Positions 37,101-50,700 of a DNA stretch of 64,000 nt are shown piece by piece. The notes under the pieces were generated by a model. The model searched no databases, was not told the DNA's origin, and worked only from the letters and a program-made list of their open reading frames with translations. Source of the stretch: Atractiella rhizophila (taxonomy: Eukaryota); contig MU271284.1 in the NCBI GenBank assembly GCA_021432655.1, positions 1-64,000 of the forward strand, written 5' to 3'. The stretch's first letter is position 1. Every line of letters begins with the position of its first letter. Position numbers and translations under genes: made by a program.

Positions 37101-39190
37101 CCGCTGCTTTCGTCTCCGTTCGAAAAGTGCCCATAAGGTGAAGAATTGAATTGGTACGGATTCTCATCCCCCGTCGAATAGCTCGAACCTGCGAACTGAA
37201 CTCCTGCGTCCGGATTCCTACCCTTATAGCGTGGCGCGAATACCTGTGCGTCATAGGCATCTCTAAGCATCTGGCGCTTTTGCGCATTCGACGATCGAAA
37301 CCATTGGTCGCCTACGTCGCTATAAATCTGAAGGCTCCCATTCTTCTCTTCCCACGGCGAATCGTCATCTTCCTCGTCGTTCGAGGAAGACATAATGCTC
37401 CTCTCCGACATCTCCAACAATCGGGCAGGCAAGAAACCGTGATGCTGTTCCTCGTCCAACGGGATTTTGAGATCCAAGAAGGGGAGGAGAATCGGCTGCA
37501 GCTGCGTAACTCCCATCATACTAATCTCTCCTACTCTCGCTCGGGGAATAAACCTGTCAATTCTGAAAGGCTTATCATACTGTTTCGCGAAGAAAGAACA
37601 GTCAACCCAGATCGGCTTGACATAGAAACTGAGGATCTCGGCGGAAGGACCGGCGGGATGGTCAAAGTAGAGAGGATCGGCTGAATCCCCTTCGTCCCAG
37701 ATATTCTTTGTGGAAAGCTCAGGTGAGGACGGGTGTAACTTTCGGTGAGAAGATGTCGGCGAGAGGCGATCGGAAGTTTGGTGACGGAACTCTTGAGGAT
37801 TGGAAGACATGAAGAGCAACAGCGGTACTACAAAAGCTCAGTGGGTAGGCATAGAAGAAGTGCAACAAGAAACGAACCAGCATGCAAAGGCTTCTTGCTA
37901 AGAGAAACCAAATCAACTCCTAATCCAAGATACATAGCCCTCTCGATGGTCAGTCGGAGGAGTCGCTTGTCCACCTTGAAGAAACAAGTTCCAGCGGTAA
38001 CGAAGACTATGCTGAGTCCAGTTTTCGAGAGGTCCCTATCTATATAATGCTTATCAAAAGCGTTGAAGACGAGATTGATAGGTTCAAGAAAACTTGATTC
38101 GAAAGCGTAAGTCAGTCGTCCGACGAGTCGAATATCGCCTTCAAACTTCGAAGCCATCTCAGACATTGCGATTCGCCGAAAATCGACAAATTCTTTCATG
38201 ACCTTCAGAAGGATGGTATCTTCATCAAGGTGCGAATCTAGATCCACGACCACCTTATAAAAATCCTTGTACCCTCCTTGCCCATCCTCATCCCTCGTCA
38301 CCGGCTCCCTCACCTGTCCTAGTTCCGCTTGATCATATCTCACTCTTCCAAACATGACCAACGACACAGAATGGCTTGTCCTCCTTGCCTCCCATTTCTG
38401 AAACAAACTCGGGAGGAATACGTGAACGCAGCGCTCGAAATACATGGTGCCATCATCATCGAACTCAAACATCTCTTTCGAGACTTGAATCATAATATAC
38501 TGCTTGCAGCTCTCGCTCCTGAACACGAATTGAGTCTGCGAATTGACGATGCCCGAAAGTGAAGCCTTGTCCCGACTCTCGACATTGGTAGAGTGCGTAT
38601 CAGAATGAATGCGGTCGATCCGACAGCGGATATTCGTCGAAGGGAGGGATACGATTTGGTTTTGAAAGACAGAACGCCCGAGGAGGACGAGAGAGAGCTG
38701 GAATTGGTCTGCTCTTCCTAAGTATTGAGAGCCAAATAGAAGTTCGATGTGCGTTATTTGCGTGGAAGGAGGAAGAGGCGCTGGTATCTGGTTCGCAAGG
38801 CAACTTTAACAACATGGCAAGGTAAATGAGGAAGAGTTTTGATGTGGTAGCATCTTTCTCACAAGCTGCGACGCATGTAGACTCCAAGCTCTGCATCTCG
38901 CAAAACAAAAACTGGAACAAGGAGGAGCATTTGAAATCACAACTTACTTTCTCTACCTTCACCACGTCTCTGTGTCTCCAACCAAATGTCCTAGCCACAT
39001 TTGCACTGACTTGGAGCTGCAAACTTCCTGCCGCATCTTCGCTCTCTCCTTCATACTTGAAAATCAGCTTCCCTCCAATCTTGAGCACGTCTCCTTCTCC
39101 AATAGAAAATGGCAGAGCCTTTGCATTAATCAGAATGTCGGCCGAAGGGGTCCCCTCTGATACCCACAGCGTGAGCTCGGGAGGACGCAT
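34198..39190 (-). CDS. IML1: GATOR1/SEACIT subunit Iml1 (DEPDC5)
   Basis: QYLGRAD, VFRSES, IQVSKEMFEFDDDG, HYIDRDLSKTGLSIVFVTAG, RWQNVFP, WRSLATPA, a DEP domain (FVGFQFVTWL...TREKAIELG...DGWFFY) and QFLHRSG. Confidence 0.93.
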
Positions 39191-39551
39191 GTTGCTTCAT
39201 GGGATGTCTGCGAGTACAAGACAGTTCACGTGGATCGTTTAAAGTAGAGAAATAATAGACTAGACAATCATGATAGAGTATCCTTGAATGTGGTAAAGCG
39301 TTGACCAACCCAAACAGCGAAACTTAAGCGAAGTGAAGATTTGGTATTGATATCACGTGTTCTAGTTCATTAGTTACGGTATTAGTCACGCTTTTCACGG
39401 GCAAATATGCGTCTTCCAGCTGCTGTAAAACGACGAAGCTCCGTTCTCCAAAAAGTATTCTGCACATAACTCACTCCTGCTATTATCTCAACATTATCAA
39501 CTGGGGCAATACTGCACACCCTTTACCTATCACTGCGTCTGACAACATCCC

Positions 39552-42304
39552 ATGGTATCTTCAAATCTGGTCCCAACAACACCTGAAGCAGAAACCAACG
39601 AGCACGCTCAGGAACCCGATAAGGATGGCGAAGAAGGTGTAGAGGACGAAGAAACAAACTTGTTGTGGCAGGCTCAGGTATGTAATCGAGTTCGTTGCAA
39701 AACGGGATATTAGGAATGGGTGCGCCACTGGAGCTCTTGGCGTGCTGCCGCTCCATTGCTTTCAAGTCATTTGTATTTGTTGATGTAAGCGAGCGAGCTT
39801 GCGTCGAATTGTATTTTGAGATATCACTTCATGGCATTTCGTCTTTGAAGAGCTCGGGCAGACATAGTTCCCTGCACTCTGCTGGTTTACCTTGAGGTAG
39901 TTGCAGGTGGTGTCCAGCTGCTCTGTTCCTGCATTGTATCAACTATTGCGTTCTAAGAACAGGCAGCAGAGTGAATCGAGCATGCATGTTGCTGCTTCAG
40001 CTGAATTCATTTCCTTTAAAGTATCCCAGCCCAATTGAACGAGACAATCTTTTTCTTTTCTCAAAGATGACCGAAATGAGGTCCTCACATTCAATCCCTT
40101 ATCAGTGAATGTGGCTTCCTCCGAATGCACTAACCTTGGCTCATCGGGCCGGTCGCGGTTGCCTCCAACCTGAGGCCGACCCCGCACAGATGTGAGGATC
40201 TTCTTTTGCGGTCGCTTCTCTCATAAACAGTTTTCGAAGGCTTGAGTTCTGACCATTCTCCTGAAACAGATGTCGTTAATATCCCATGACTCGTCAGACG
40301 CCATAGCATATCTGAAACAAGCAGCTGAGCAACACAATTCCTCCACTGCATGCCTCAACCTGGGGAGGTACGGATTGTTTCCTTTTCCACCTTGCTTGCA
40401 GCTGACGGTGGTGGTGTGCCTGGTTCGATAGTATCTACGCTCGTGGTCTCCAAAATTATGGCGACACCGTGATTGAGGCAGATGGTGAGGCGGCAGCAAA
40501 TTGGTATATTCGTGGGCTTGAAGTAGAATACGAGAAGCTGGGAGAGAGCAGTCGGGAAAGTGAGAATGAAGAGGTCGAATATGGAGAACATGGCGAGCTG
40601 TCTACGCTTCTCGATCTGTCAATAGCCCTAACGACGATCTATCGTGTCCTCTCGCGCTCCAACACTCGTTCCTCCCAATTCGATGCCGCTGCTTCCATCG
40701 CTCTCAAAATCATGCAGCATCCTGCCATTCTCTCCTATCCGGAGCTTGACCTTCATGCCCATTTCCCTCTCTGCGATACCTCCTCGCCGCCGTCATCGAC
40801 AATCAGTCGAACCCATTCTCGCTCTTCCTCTCTCGCAGCTTCTTCAAACTCTTCTCGTATTCCGAAGGAAGCAAAAGACCGACTTGTTGTAGTCATTCAC
40901 CTCTCCTATCTCGTCGCCCTGCATCATGGACCTCAAGGCAACAAATGGTGGAGGTATATAATTGCAATATCTAGACAAGAACATTTGGGGAAGGAGGCAA
41001 CTGACCTTGTAAGGAAGACGGAGCGAAGACTTTCGTTGGTGGAAGAAGAAGATTCGAGTCAAGAGGAGTTGGGTGCAGAAGCAACTGCAAGAAGTCTGGC
41101 AGTTGAGATTGGAGAGCCGTTGCAAAACGCGGACATTCAAATCAAGAAAGGACGTCGTTCTTCGAGCACTGTCGCCGGGGTGGAAGCCAACGCAGTTCCA
41201 TTTCCGACATCCACTGCTGCGACAGCTAACGAGACCACACCACGTCCGAAAGGGCGAACAGTTCAACATCTGGTGCACCCGCCATCGTCTTCCTCTCCTC
41301 ATCGTCCCATGTCTCTCACTCCAACTACGACCCGTTTCACCCGAGCTTCTATACCGACGCGTCCTCCTTTGACTGCCGTCCCATTCCCAAACGTCTCCAG
41401 TCTGCCCTCCGCTTCTGGCTCCCGCCACACTACCGAGTCTACTGCACGACGCCCTCGAGCGGTAACAGGGATCAGACCTGCGACAGTTTGGATTGATAAT
41501 GGTGGGTGGGAGGGCGCTCAAGCAAAGAATAAGGGGAAGGGGAGGGAAGTGGAAAGGGGAAGAGAAGCTTTGATGAGCTATTTCAATCGTCCAGCACTGG
41601 ATCATCCCTCGCCTGCATCACCCAATCCCAGCTCCACCATGAAGCCTCGACGCTCGAGATTTAGCAGTCTCACGGGAAGCGTTCGCCGATTCACGAGCAC
41701 CCTTAGTTTGCCTGCGGGCTTCTTCTCGGAAGAGAAAACGCCCATGGACGCAACTGGTTCTTTGAGGAAGGTGTTGAAAAAAGATCAAGCAATTGTACGA
41801 TACGAGTTTGAGGACGATTCTGATTCCGGCAACGAGAATGGTGACGAGGAAGGCGTGATCACACAGGAACCAGAGGAATTGGAGGACGATGAAGATGATG
41901 AATCAGATTCTGTTAAGGTGAAAGATTACGGTTGGTCAGCCTCTGATCATTCAAATGACCCCGAATCGCCATCGACGACTCCTCCCTCTTCTACGAAAGC
42001 TTTGACCGCCCCTGTACCTGTTGGACCGGCTCCCCACATCTCTTTCGAAGCGATTGAGCCCAAAGGAATAGTCAGACCAGTTCAAACGAAGAAGGCGAAA
42101 AAGAGAATGGCAAGTTTCTCAGATGCCGGTCTGGATTGGAAGTTGAAAGAGGTAGAAGACAAAAGCATGCTCAATGTGAAGACTGTGTGTGCAACATGTG
42201 GCAAAAAAGGGGTCAATTTCCCGAGCGCTAAGGATGGGAGAACCTTTTGCTCGAGACACTGTCGCGTGGCTGCTAGGGCAGACACGGCGAGATTGGTGTC
42301 TTAA
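39552..42304 (+). CDS. Hypothetical protein with a Sel1-like repeat and a C-terminal degenerate zinc finger
   Basis: AIAYLKQAAEQHNSSTACLNLG|SIYARG...AAANWYIRG (Sel1-like), a long Ser/Pro-rich region and a terminal CATCGKKGVNFPSAKDGRTFCSRHCR. The 5' exons are tentative. Confidence 0.55.
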
Positions 42305-42724
42305 AACCCCATCTGCTATTCCGCTTCAACTTGAATGGCGTTTTCTTGTATCAGTGTCTCATGGTTTCTGATGGTTCTGCCTTTGTACTTCGATTCGCGT
42401 GGTTTCATCATAGAATGTGTTGGCTTGGGTTTATTTCTCATTGTTTCCTAATGGCGAGTTGTCATCTCATTTGTATTGGTACATATCGTTGGTCACAAAA
42501 TGGTGTTCTTGACGACATCTTGAATTCTGAAGCACTTCTAGTCCACCAATTCACTGGAATTTGTGACGCTGTTGGTTGTGAAGCAGCCTAGAAGTAGCAA
42601 CCTGAGATATAACTCGAACGGGAGCTACTGGTGAAGCAAGGGTCCCTGAGTGGATTTAGGTTAGATTCGCTTGTTTGGGTTTGAACCCAGGCACCTAGGT
42701 CCATCAAAATCGCCTAACGATCCG

Positions 42725-45700
42725 CTAGTTTCCCTGGGAAAGTTCTGCTATCAAGTCGTCTACCTTTGACTTCAATTCGTCTTGAGATGCATTTAACCTG
42801 ACGCGGGCGATTAAATCAAGTTTCTTATCCTTCACATGCAACGTACCAGGCTGTACCAAGTAGGATCTCTTGCACAGCTTCAGTTGCTTCTCCTCTCGTC
42901 TGCAGGATAAGGTAGAGATCGTCAGCAGCTGCAGTTCGCACCTTTACAGAGCATCATTAATGTCGATGTGGACTCGCGAGATGCTCACGCGGGGGATGTC
43001 ATTACACAGAAAATCGGGAATAGCTTTCAAGACCTTAGGACGGAGGACATCGATGTTGAAAGAAGAGAGAACACTGTTCAGATAAATTAGCTGCACATCA
43101 TGTCACAATGGTAGAAGGTACTTTTTAACGCAAACAAGAATCCGTTGGACGTTCTTGCTCGTCGTCGACTTGACCATCATCTCCGCGATCCTATGGAGAC
43201 TGCCGTAGAAATGAATAATGAATAAAGAGGACATGTTTGTGAACTTGCATACATTGGTGCACCGGTCTCCGTGTCTGCCAGAGGCTCCAGCAACTCCGCC
43301 TCTAGTAATAAACCGACAGCTTGTGCTGTAGGGATGAAGATACGGTGTTGAGAATACTTGGATTTGGCGAGCTGGAATAGATCCTCGCAAAGGTCCTTCA
43401 GGCTGTATACATCAGCCATAGGCTCGACTTCTAATACTGAAGCGAAATCGACAAATGCGGTTGCCGCACCACCAATCTGTTACTTCATTCAGCCCTCAGC
43501 CATAACATGGTAGGAATGTACTGATGTTTCCATCCTGCTGCCTAGGCCTAATACCACACCTTCCAGAAATACACCACGATATTCCTGTACAGCTAGAATT
43601 GGCAAGAGGAGCTCAAATACTTTCCCTAGATCCCTCCACTCCGCGACATCCTGACTGGCGCCGCATAAGAATTGAGAGAAAATGAATAAAGAGACTCACT
43701 CCAGTATTGGCTGAAAGAGATCCCTTCGATGCAAGCAGCTTCTGCTTTCGGCGTCGACGGCTTTGATGAGAGCTATTATTGTGCCCCTAGCCACAATTCT
43801 GACTGTGTCTATCTTTTCTAACGTGTGCTTCAATACGTTTCCCACGATCGTATCGAGCATATCTTGTTGCAGGGATTGTTCGCTCTTTAACATGAGAGGG
43901 ACAAGAACCCTGAGGCCTTCAAGACAGGCTGACCGTACCCATGAACCGACATCCCCTCTTCGATCGCTGGTGTAATCCTTGAGACCTTCTAAGAACAGAG
44001 GGACCGCCACCATTCCGATGTTATTTGTTCGACGTCCAGGAACAGATACCAAGGATGTCGATATCAGATGTAGCGCCTCGAATCCATTACGCCGACCTTC
44101 GATCCTGGCCGCTTTCTTCGGAGACTAAGCAAAATGTAAAATTGTACACAGCAGATAAAGGGGAGCCCTACATCGGCTTGTATGAAGGGAATCATCGCAT
44201 GTAAAACCTTTTCGTAGTATTTATGGCATGGGCCTAAATAATCAATTCTTCCTAAAACTAGAGCTGCCCCTTGTTGCGCAACAGCAAGCGATCGTCCCAT
44301 TTCCTGCAGGAGAGTGGCTATGAGAAGAGGGTAAGAAACTGTTCCAGTTCTTAAGAAAAGGTATTCGTATCTATCAATTTCCTGACCACAATCGTGGAAC
44401 TTGGAGATGTTGCCCAGAGCCTGAGCAGCGGCAAGATGGCAAGCCTCGTCTCCATTTCTGAGACACACATTAATGACAGCCCACCAGTTAGTCTTCTCCA
44501 TCTCGCTTTCCATCGAGTATGCATTCTCGATAACAGCGCAACATGCTATGAGGATCGATGCTGAAGAGTAGGCGTTAAGTATGGGGGAGGGTATATCGGA
44601 GAGAGACTTGAATATCTGCCACAGTCTGTTAACCAACTTCGCTGCTCTTGTTGTTGTTTTCAAAACCACGCACCTGCACTCTGATCGCGAGATATGGCGG
44701 AGATCCAAAGTCATGACATATCGCTGCGAGCTCAGAAAGCGCCCATAGAGCACCGTGGATCTTGTTCGCCTCTTTCTCCTTTAGTCGTTCCATCTAAGCC
44801 CTCTTTTTCTCTCAGATGTCTTCTTCGTCCTTTCAGAAGGGCTCACCAACAGCCGTGCAACAGTATCCACTCTTCCAAGTTTGTCCAGTTTCAACAGTGA
44901 TGCTAACGCTTTACCGCCCAGCTCCCTCATCTCAGGGTCATAATGCGCCAGAGTTCTCTTAATCAGATGATTCTCTAAGTTCTCTCTGTATTCATCGAAT
45001 GCCGCCACCTCAATCGCAGCCTGAAGGAAGCTCTTCCTCCTCAACCCGACCGCCAGTCCATCCATCTTCTGGACTACGTTGATGCCTTCTGGCAAGCTCC
45101 CGACGCGCCCAGCTGCCTCTTGAAAAGCTGCACTAGCGGCACGACGCACGTGAACTTCCTTGTCAAATAAAGCGACCTTGGTCAAGGTGTGTGCAATGAG
45201 CAAGACTTGATGGGTAGAGAAGCGGGCGGAGGACCGGGCGAGGGACCAGAGGACGTAGCTAGCTGAGTCGCGAACTGATGATCCAACAGGCTGAGAGGAT
45301 CGGAGATAGTCGAATACCATCGCCTGTCATGTCATGGTCATTTACATTCCTTCCCACATTTCACCAGCAGACGATATTCAGAGACAAACCCTCGCGATCC
45401 ACTTTAAGACCTCCCCTAACGCCTCGTCCCCAACTTGGCCTTGACGAACCAGTTCTGCGACGGCGAGACAGGCGCCATGCCATGTATTATCCGGTACAGT
45501 GAACGGGTCGTATTCTCCATCCTCGTCGAACGCCACATTCTTCTCGAACAGAGAGAGGACAGCTTCTAATAGTTGTGAGGAGAAGGAGGCAGGCACACGG
45601 GAGGCGACACGTGCTATGTACTTCGCTGAGGAGTATCGGACGACGGTATCTTTGTCCTCTAAGCCTTCCAGCAGATGTTGAATGATATTTTCTACTTCTT

Positions 45701-47405
45701 CTGGTATGTCGAATTCATCCTCCTCCTCATCATGACCTTCAGCGACAGACTCTCCTTCGGCTGAGAAAGCCGCTTTGACGGCTTTCCCTCTGACCTTCCC
45801 CCTTCCGTAGGCACGAAAAGGCAGGTAAAGGACAGCGACCCGTCCAATGACTTTTATCCAATACTTCCTAGTCAAAATGCTCCTTCCAATTACCTTCTTC
45901 TCTTCATCGTTACCCTGAATCAAGAAAGCAAACGCAGAAATATCGCCAAGCATGGGCAACACAGTTTTCCTAGGAATGGCCCTTAAAATAGCAGCGAGCG
46001 TTTGCAGAATCCCTTCCTCGGTTACATTCCATCTTCCCCCTCCCTCCTCCGCGCAAATTTCACCCCTTATCACATCCAAGAAGTTGGATAGACGCCCGCC
46101 GAGTTGGCCTTCGGAGCGAGAGTAAAGGGAAGATAAGAGGCGCACGGCAGCGTCCCGGTCTTTCGAACTTCTGTGCAGGTGAGTGAACGCGACATATTCG
46201 ATGCGTTCGACCGTGGTGGTGGGGGAGGATGAAGGGAGAGGGAGGGTATCGAAGGAGGAAAGGGAGAAGGGGAGAGTGACGACAAGGGAAAGCCAAAGAA
46301 GGAGGTCGTAGTTGATTTGCCAGATGACGCTGTCGGGAGTGGGGATGAGGGAGAAGAGTCGGAGGAGAAGGGAGAGGTCGGATACGGAATGCGGGAAGTA
46401 ATGTACTGTGTTATTTCCTGCATCAGTCGTGCCCTGGAAGAATGCACAGAAAGTAATAAAAATATGAAAACAGCGGTCTCTTGTGTTATTGACAATTCTT
46501 CCCCAATTTTTTATGCTTCGTGTTTTCAGCCTCTCCTTAAGAGTGAATTGACAATGCCGAAAGAAAGGCCACAGGGCAATAATGTGGGCAAGATGAGACA
46601 CAGAGCAAAGGTGAGGATTTATAAGGAAAGTAGCTAGAGTGATTTTGTGCCGTTCTCAGGCGACTGCACAAATCTACCTATTGCATTTGCCCCAGTCACA
46701 CACAAATAGAAATTATTGATATTCGAGAGAGAGAGAAAGAAATCAGCCTCATTCTGTTACAATAAACGGAATGACCTGAGCGAATGAATAAAATTGGAGA
46801 GAAAAAAACAAGAAAATACACATCAAAGGAAGAGAAAACTCACCGATGTACTTCTCACCTCTCACCTTGCACATCCAATAAATGAATTTAGCGATAATTT
46901 CCATCCTTTCGCTCTTCAAGGCATTCACTACTTCCTCTGCACCATGATTATAACTAGGATCATGTTCTTCTTCCCATCGCTTCATGACCGCTTTCAAATC
47001 GACCCGAAACTTCTCTACAACCGGCTGCACGATCCTATCGAGGTATGGATCGAGCAGGTACGGTTCGGATTGATAAACGTCCAACTGGAGGATATCGGAT
47101 GGAATATAAAACCAAATCCAAAATAGAAACAGCAAACCAAAATGGAAATGAGAATCAGCTCGGCGTGCAATGGCAAAGGAAGAAAAGGAGCGCACAATGT
47201 AACAAAGCATATAAAAAGGCTTAGTACCTGTCCCAGTAGCCCAAAACACATTTTCCTTCCACCTCGCATCATCGATGAACTTGTCAAAAGCTCCCCAAAA
47301 GTCTTTGGCACGGTGTAGAGTACTCCGATCGAACTTTGACACTGTCTGCTCTTCCTCTTCCATATCTTCCACTGTCTCAGGCTGATCCTGCTCAGATGCC
47401 GACAT
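42725..47405 (-). CDS. Tubulin-folding cofactor D (TBCD/Cin1/Alp1)
   Basis: EPYLLDPYL, DKDTVVRYSSAKYIARV, WHGACLAVAEL, GSSVRDSASYVLWSLAR, FDKEVHVRRAASAAFQE and DYTSDRRGDVGSWVR. Confidence 0.93.
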
Positions 47406-47799
47406 GGTTCGTGCTCCTTTCGACGATGTTTACGAGAAGTTGGGTGGCGTCCGAGTCAGATATCGTCAGATCGCGAATGGCAAAGTCAGGAGAAAGGAAG
47501 AAGCTCTTTTATAGTCACAGGCAACGAGGGAAAAGGCGAGAGCGGTTCAACACTCGGAAACGACAATCACTCACGTGCCGCATTGTTAAAGTTCTTGAAC
47601 CGTTCAGATCTTGAACTTTCTGAACAAGGAAGTTAGGAAGTTGTCGAGGTAAATATGGGTAAATACACAATAACTCGACCTGATCTTCGATACTTCGTGA
47701 GAAGTTTAGAATCGCGAGTACTTTTTCTAGTTAGGACTTGCATTCTGACTGTCTGGACATCTAGCGACAGAACATCGACAATCAGGCAGACCATTGGCA

Positions 47800-50700
47800 A
47801 TGGATAAAATTGAAATGGACGGAGACAGCAATCTACCTCTCCCGACAGAAATCATGATCCAAATATTCAAAGATATACTTCCAACTACTTCTCCAATTGG
47901 CCAGCTTCTTTCCTCCTCCGACCTGTGCTCTTTCGCGCGCGTCAACAAGCGGTGGAATTCCATTGTCCAACCATTGCTCACTAAATACGCTGTGCTCACC
48001 TTCGATCTTGACCCCGGGGATGAAATTACGAGTCGGGAAGAAAATGATCAACCTTGGTCGGCGGTTAATGCGGAACGGGTGGAACGTTTCGAGGGGGACC
48101 ATGGGCCAATCGCGTGAAGATGACGGTCTCAAGGTTGTTGTGTTGAGAGATAGCCCAGAGACCAATTGGCAAGATGTAGCGAAAGACTGGAAACCCTTCT
48201 TCGACTTTTTCCATGCAGGTTTCCTTCTCTTCTTCGCCACAAAGATCACCTACCTTGACCTCGAGGCCTTCGATCCCGACTTGCCACTAACTTTCAACTT
48301 CCCTTCTCTTCGGACGTTAAAGGTCGAAATGGTTTTCCATCGCAGAGGGTTTATGGCTACTATTCAGGACACCTTTCCACGTTTTGCCGAATTTTCAGCA
48401 TTACAAGTGCTCGAGCTTCGAAACATCGACTTTTTCAGGGGGAACTCGGGCCTCCAACCTCCAACCTTTGCACTTAGATCCCTCTCCGCTTCCACCAAGT
48501 ACAGTCAGAGGCCCGCCGATGCGAGCGATCTCGACCTGTTCCAGTACCTGTCCGCTTCCGACAGCAAATTAGAACGCCTCGTGTGGCGTACAGAAGGACC
48601 ATTCGACAAATTGAATCTCATAACCTGCAGCTACCTCGTTTTCTTCTCGTGTACAATTGAAGATTTTCATTGGGCGCTTCCTGTCTTCCCGCCGCTTCCC
48701 AAACTCAAACACCTCGAATTCGGCACTTCACGATATGGGATACAAGATCTTCCCCTCCTATCCACCTTTCCCCATCTCAATCAATCGAGGGGGCTCAAGT
48801 CTCTTAAACTGACTGAAGTACTCATTATCTTCCCGCCGCCTGAATCAGGCTTCCACTTCGATGCAACCGAATGGAAATGCGAGTTGGAGGAATTGGAGTG
48901 GACCCACCCGCGAGATAAGTTCACGCCAAGCGATGTATTTCTCAGCCTCCAAATCCTTTGTCCCGACTCCTCCTCTCCTCCCCTTCGAAGATTCAAGTTA
49001 TCTTATCTATCATTTGGTGATCCGAAATACAACATCCTCTTCCTATCTCGCCTGCTCTACTGCCCCACTTCGTCATTCAATCCCAGCCCATCATCCCTCA
49101 ACATCTTCAAAAACGGCTGGCTCGAGACTATCCAAACTCGATACCTCCATCCCCTTTTAATCTCCACTCCCACATACGAATTGCAAGGCCGCACACTGTA
49201 CCTAGATGACGGTCATCCGGACTCTCTCCGTCTCTTCATCGAACCACTCATCCGTTCTATCCAACAAAACACCTTGCCCTCTCTCACCACTGTGAGGATC
49301 GGATGGACGATAGATCCTGATGATCCCTACCAGGTTTTGCGCGGCCCGATGGAGTTGTCTTCGGAAGATTACCACCTATTACAGCAAGTGAAACATGTGA
49401 CGAGCGAAAAGAACATCCTGTTTGAGAGTGGGGATGTCATTATGAAGGCGCCAGAGGCGGTTGGTGCTGCCGCCCAAATAAAGGACGGCGATGTGGGAAG
49501 CGAAGAATATAGAGATAACGAGAACGAGGAAGACGATGGTGCAGAAGAAGGTAGCGATTATGAGCAACCGGATGAGTCCGATATCGACTACTCTTACTTG
49601 TCGTCAGATGAGTCGGATGAGGATGCTTCAAGCCCAGGCTCAGAGGAATTGCTCAAACCCACTCAGTCGACGGGACATTCATACAATATCCTGTTCCTAG
49701 GCACAGGCACTTCAGAGAGCATACCCACCATCTCTTGCCTCACCTCCAATCCCTGTCTCTGTTGCTGCCTCGCTCATCCGCCCTCCAAATCCAAATTCAA
49801 ATTCATATCTAAGTCCAAGTCAAAATACAAATCCAAAGCAAAAACCGAATTCAGATCCAAATCCAAATCTGAGGAATCCAAGCGGCCACTTCCTAAGCCT
49901 AATAAACGCCGGAACACCTCCGCGCTCATCACTCTCCCCAGCGGAAAAACAGTACTTATCGACTGTGGCAAAAGCTTCAGAGAAAGTGCGTTAGAGTTCT
50001 TCCCGAAGAACGGGAAGAGTGTCATCGACGCTGTGCTGCTCACCCATGAGGTTAGTATTCCCTTGGTATTTCATAACGGTCATGGTCTTCGTCATAAATG
50101 GTGGTCTGATTGCTGCTGACCATATATTTACGAAGAATTTCATAAGAAAACATGATTATGAACGTTACAATTTCCGTAGATCGAATGCACGATACTATGA
50201 AATGAGTGGATTCTGCGGACGACGAGAATTGACCTAGATTTTGCATGCGAACAGCACGCTGATGCTGCCTATGGACTGGACGATCTACGGGCGTGGACTC
50301 TAGGAGGAGCAATTCAACCCTCATTGGACGTTTACTGCGATCGAAAGACGTATGATGCGCTCTCTCGCGTCTTCCCGTACACCATCGACCGATCAGCTTC
50401 CACGGGGGGAGGGGATGTTCCCCAGTTCTCCTGGCACATATTCGAGGCTGATCAGCCTGTGCATTTGTTCGACAGCACCATCGTACCTCTCAAAGTCGAG
50501 CATGGACTCTCAGCCCCTGACTCTGACCATTCCTCTGACCGTGCCCCCAACTCCGTCTCAAACTTAAGCCCCTAAGATGTGGACCAAGTTGGCGAGAATT
50601 CGAAGGAGACGATGAGAAAAACGCCATATTATTGTCTCGGTTACCTGATCGACGATTCCATCGCCTACCTGTCAGACGTATCCCAGATCCCTCCTCAGGT

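Noticed and set aside
46641..46674. TPP riboswitch suggested by CCTGAGA on the minus strand
   Set aside because: The downstream core (ATAC...TGAT...TAAT...GCG) is absent and the host gene is not thiamine related.
50573..50575. Programmed recoding (selenocysteine or A-to-I stop correction) of the copy 1 stop
   Set aside because: The codon is TAA in a non-conserved loop with no Trp or Cys in the paralogue, and the same copy also has a frameshift.
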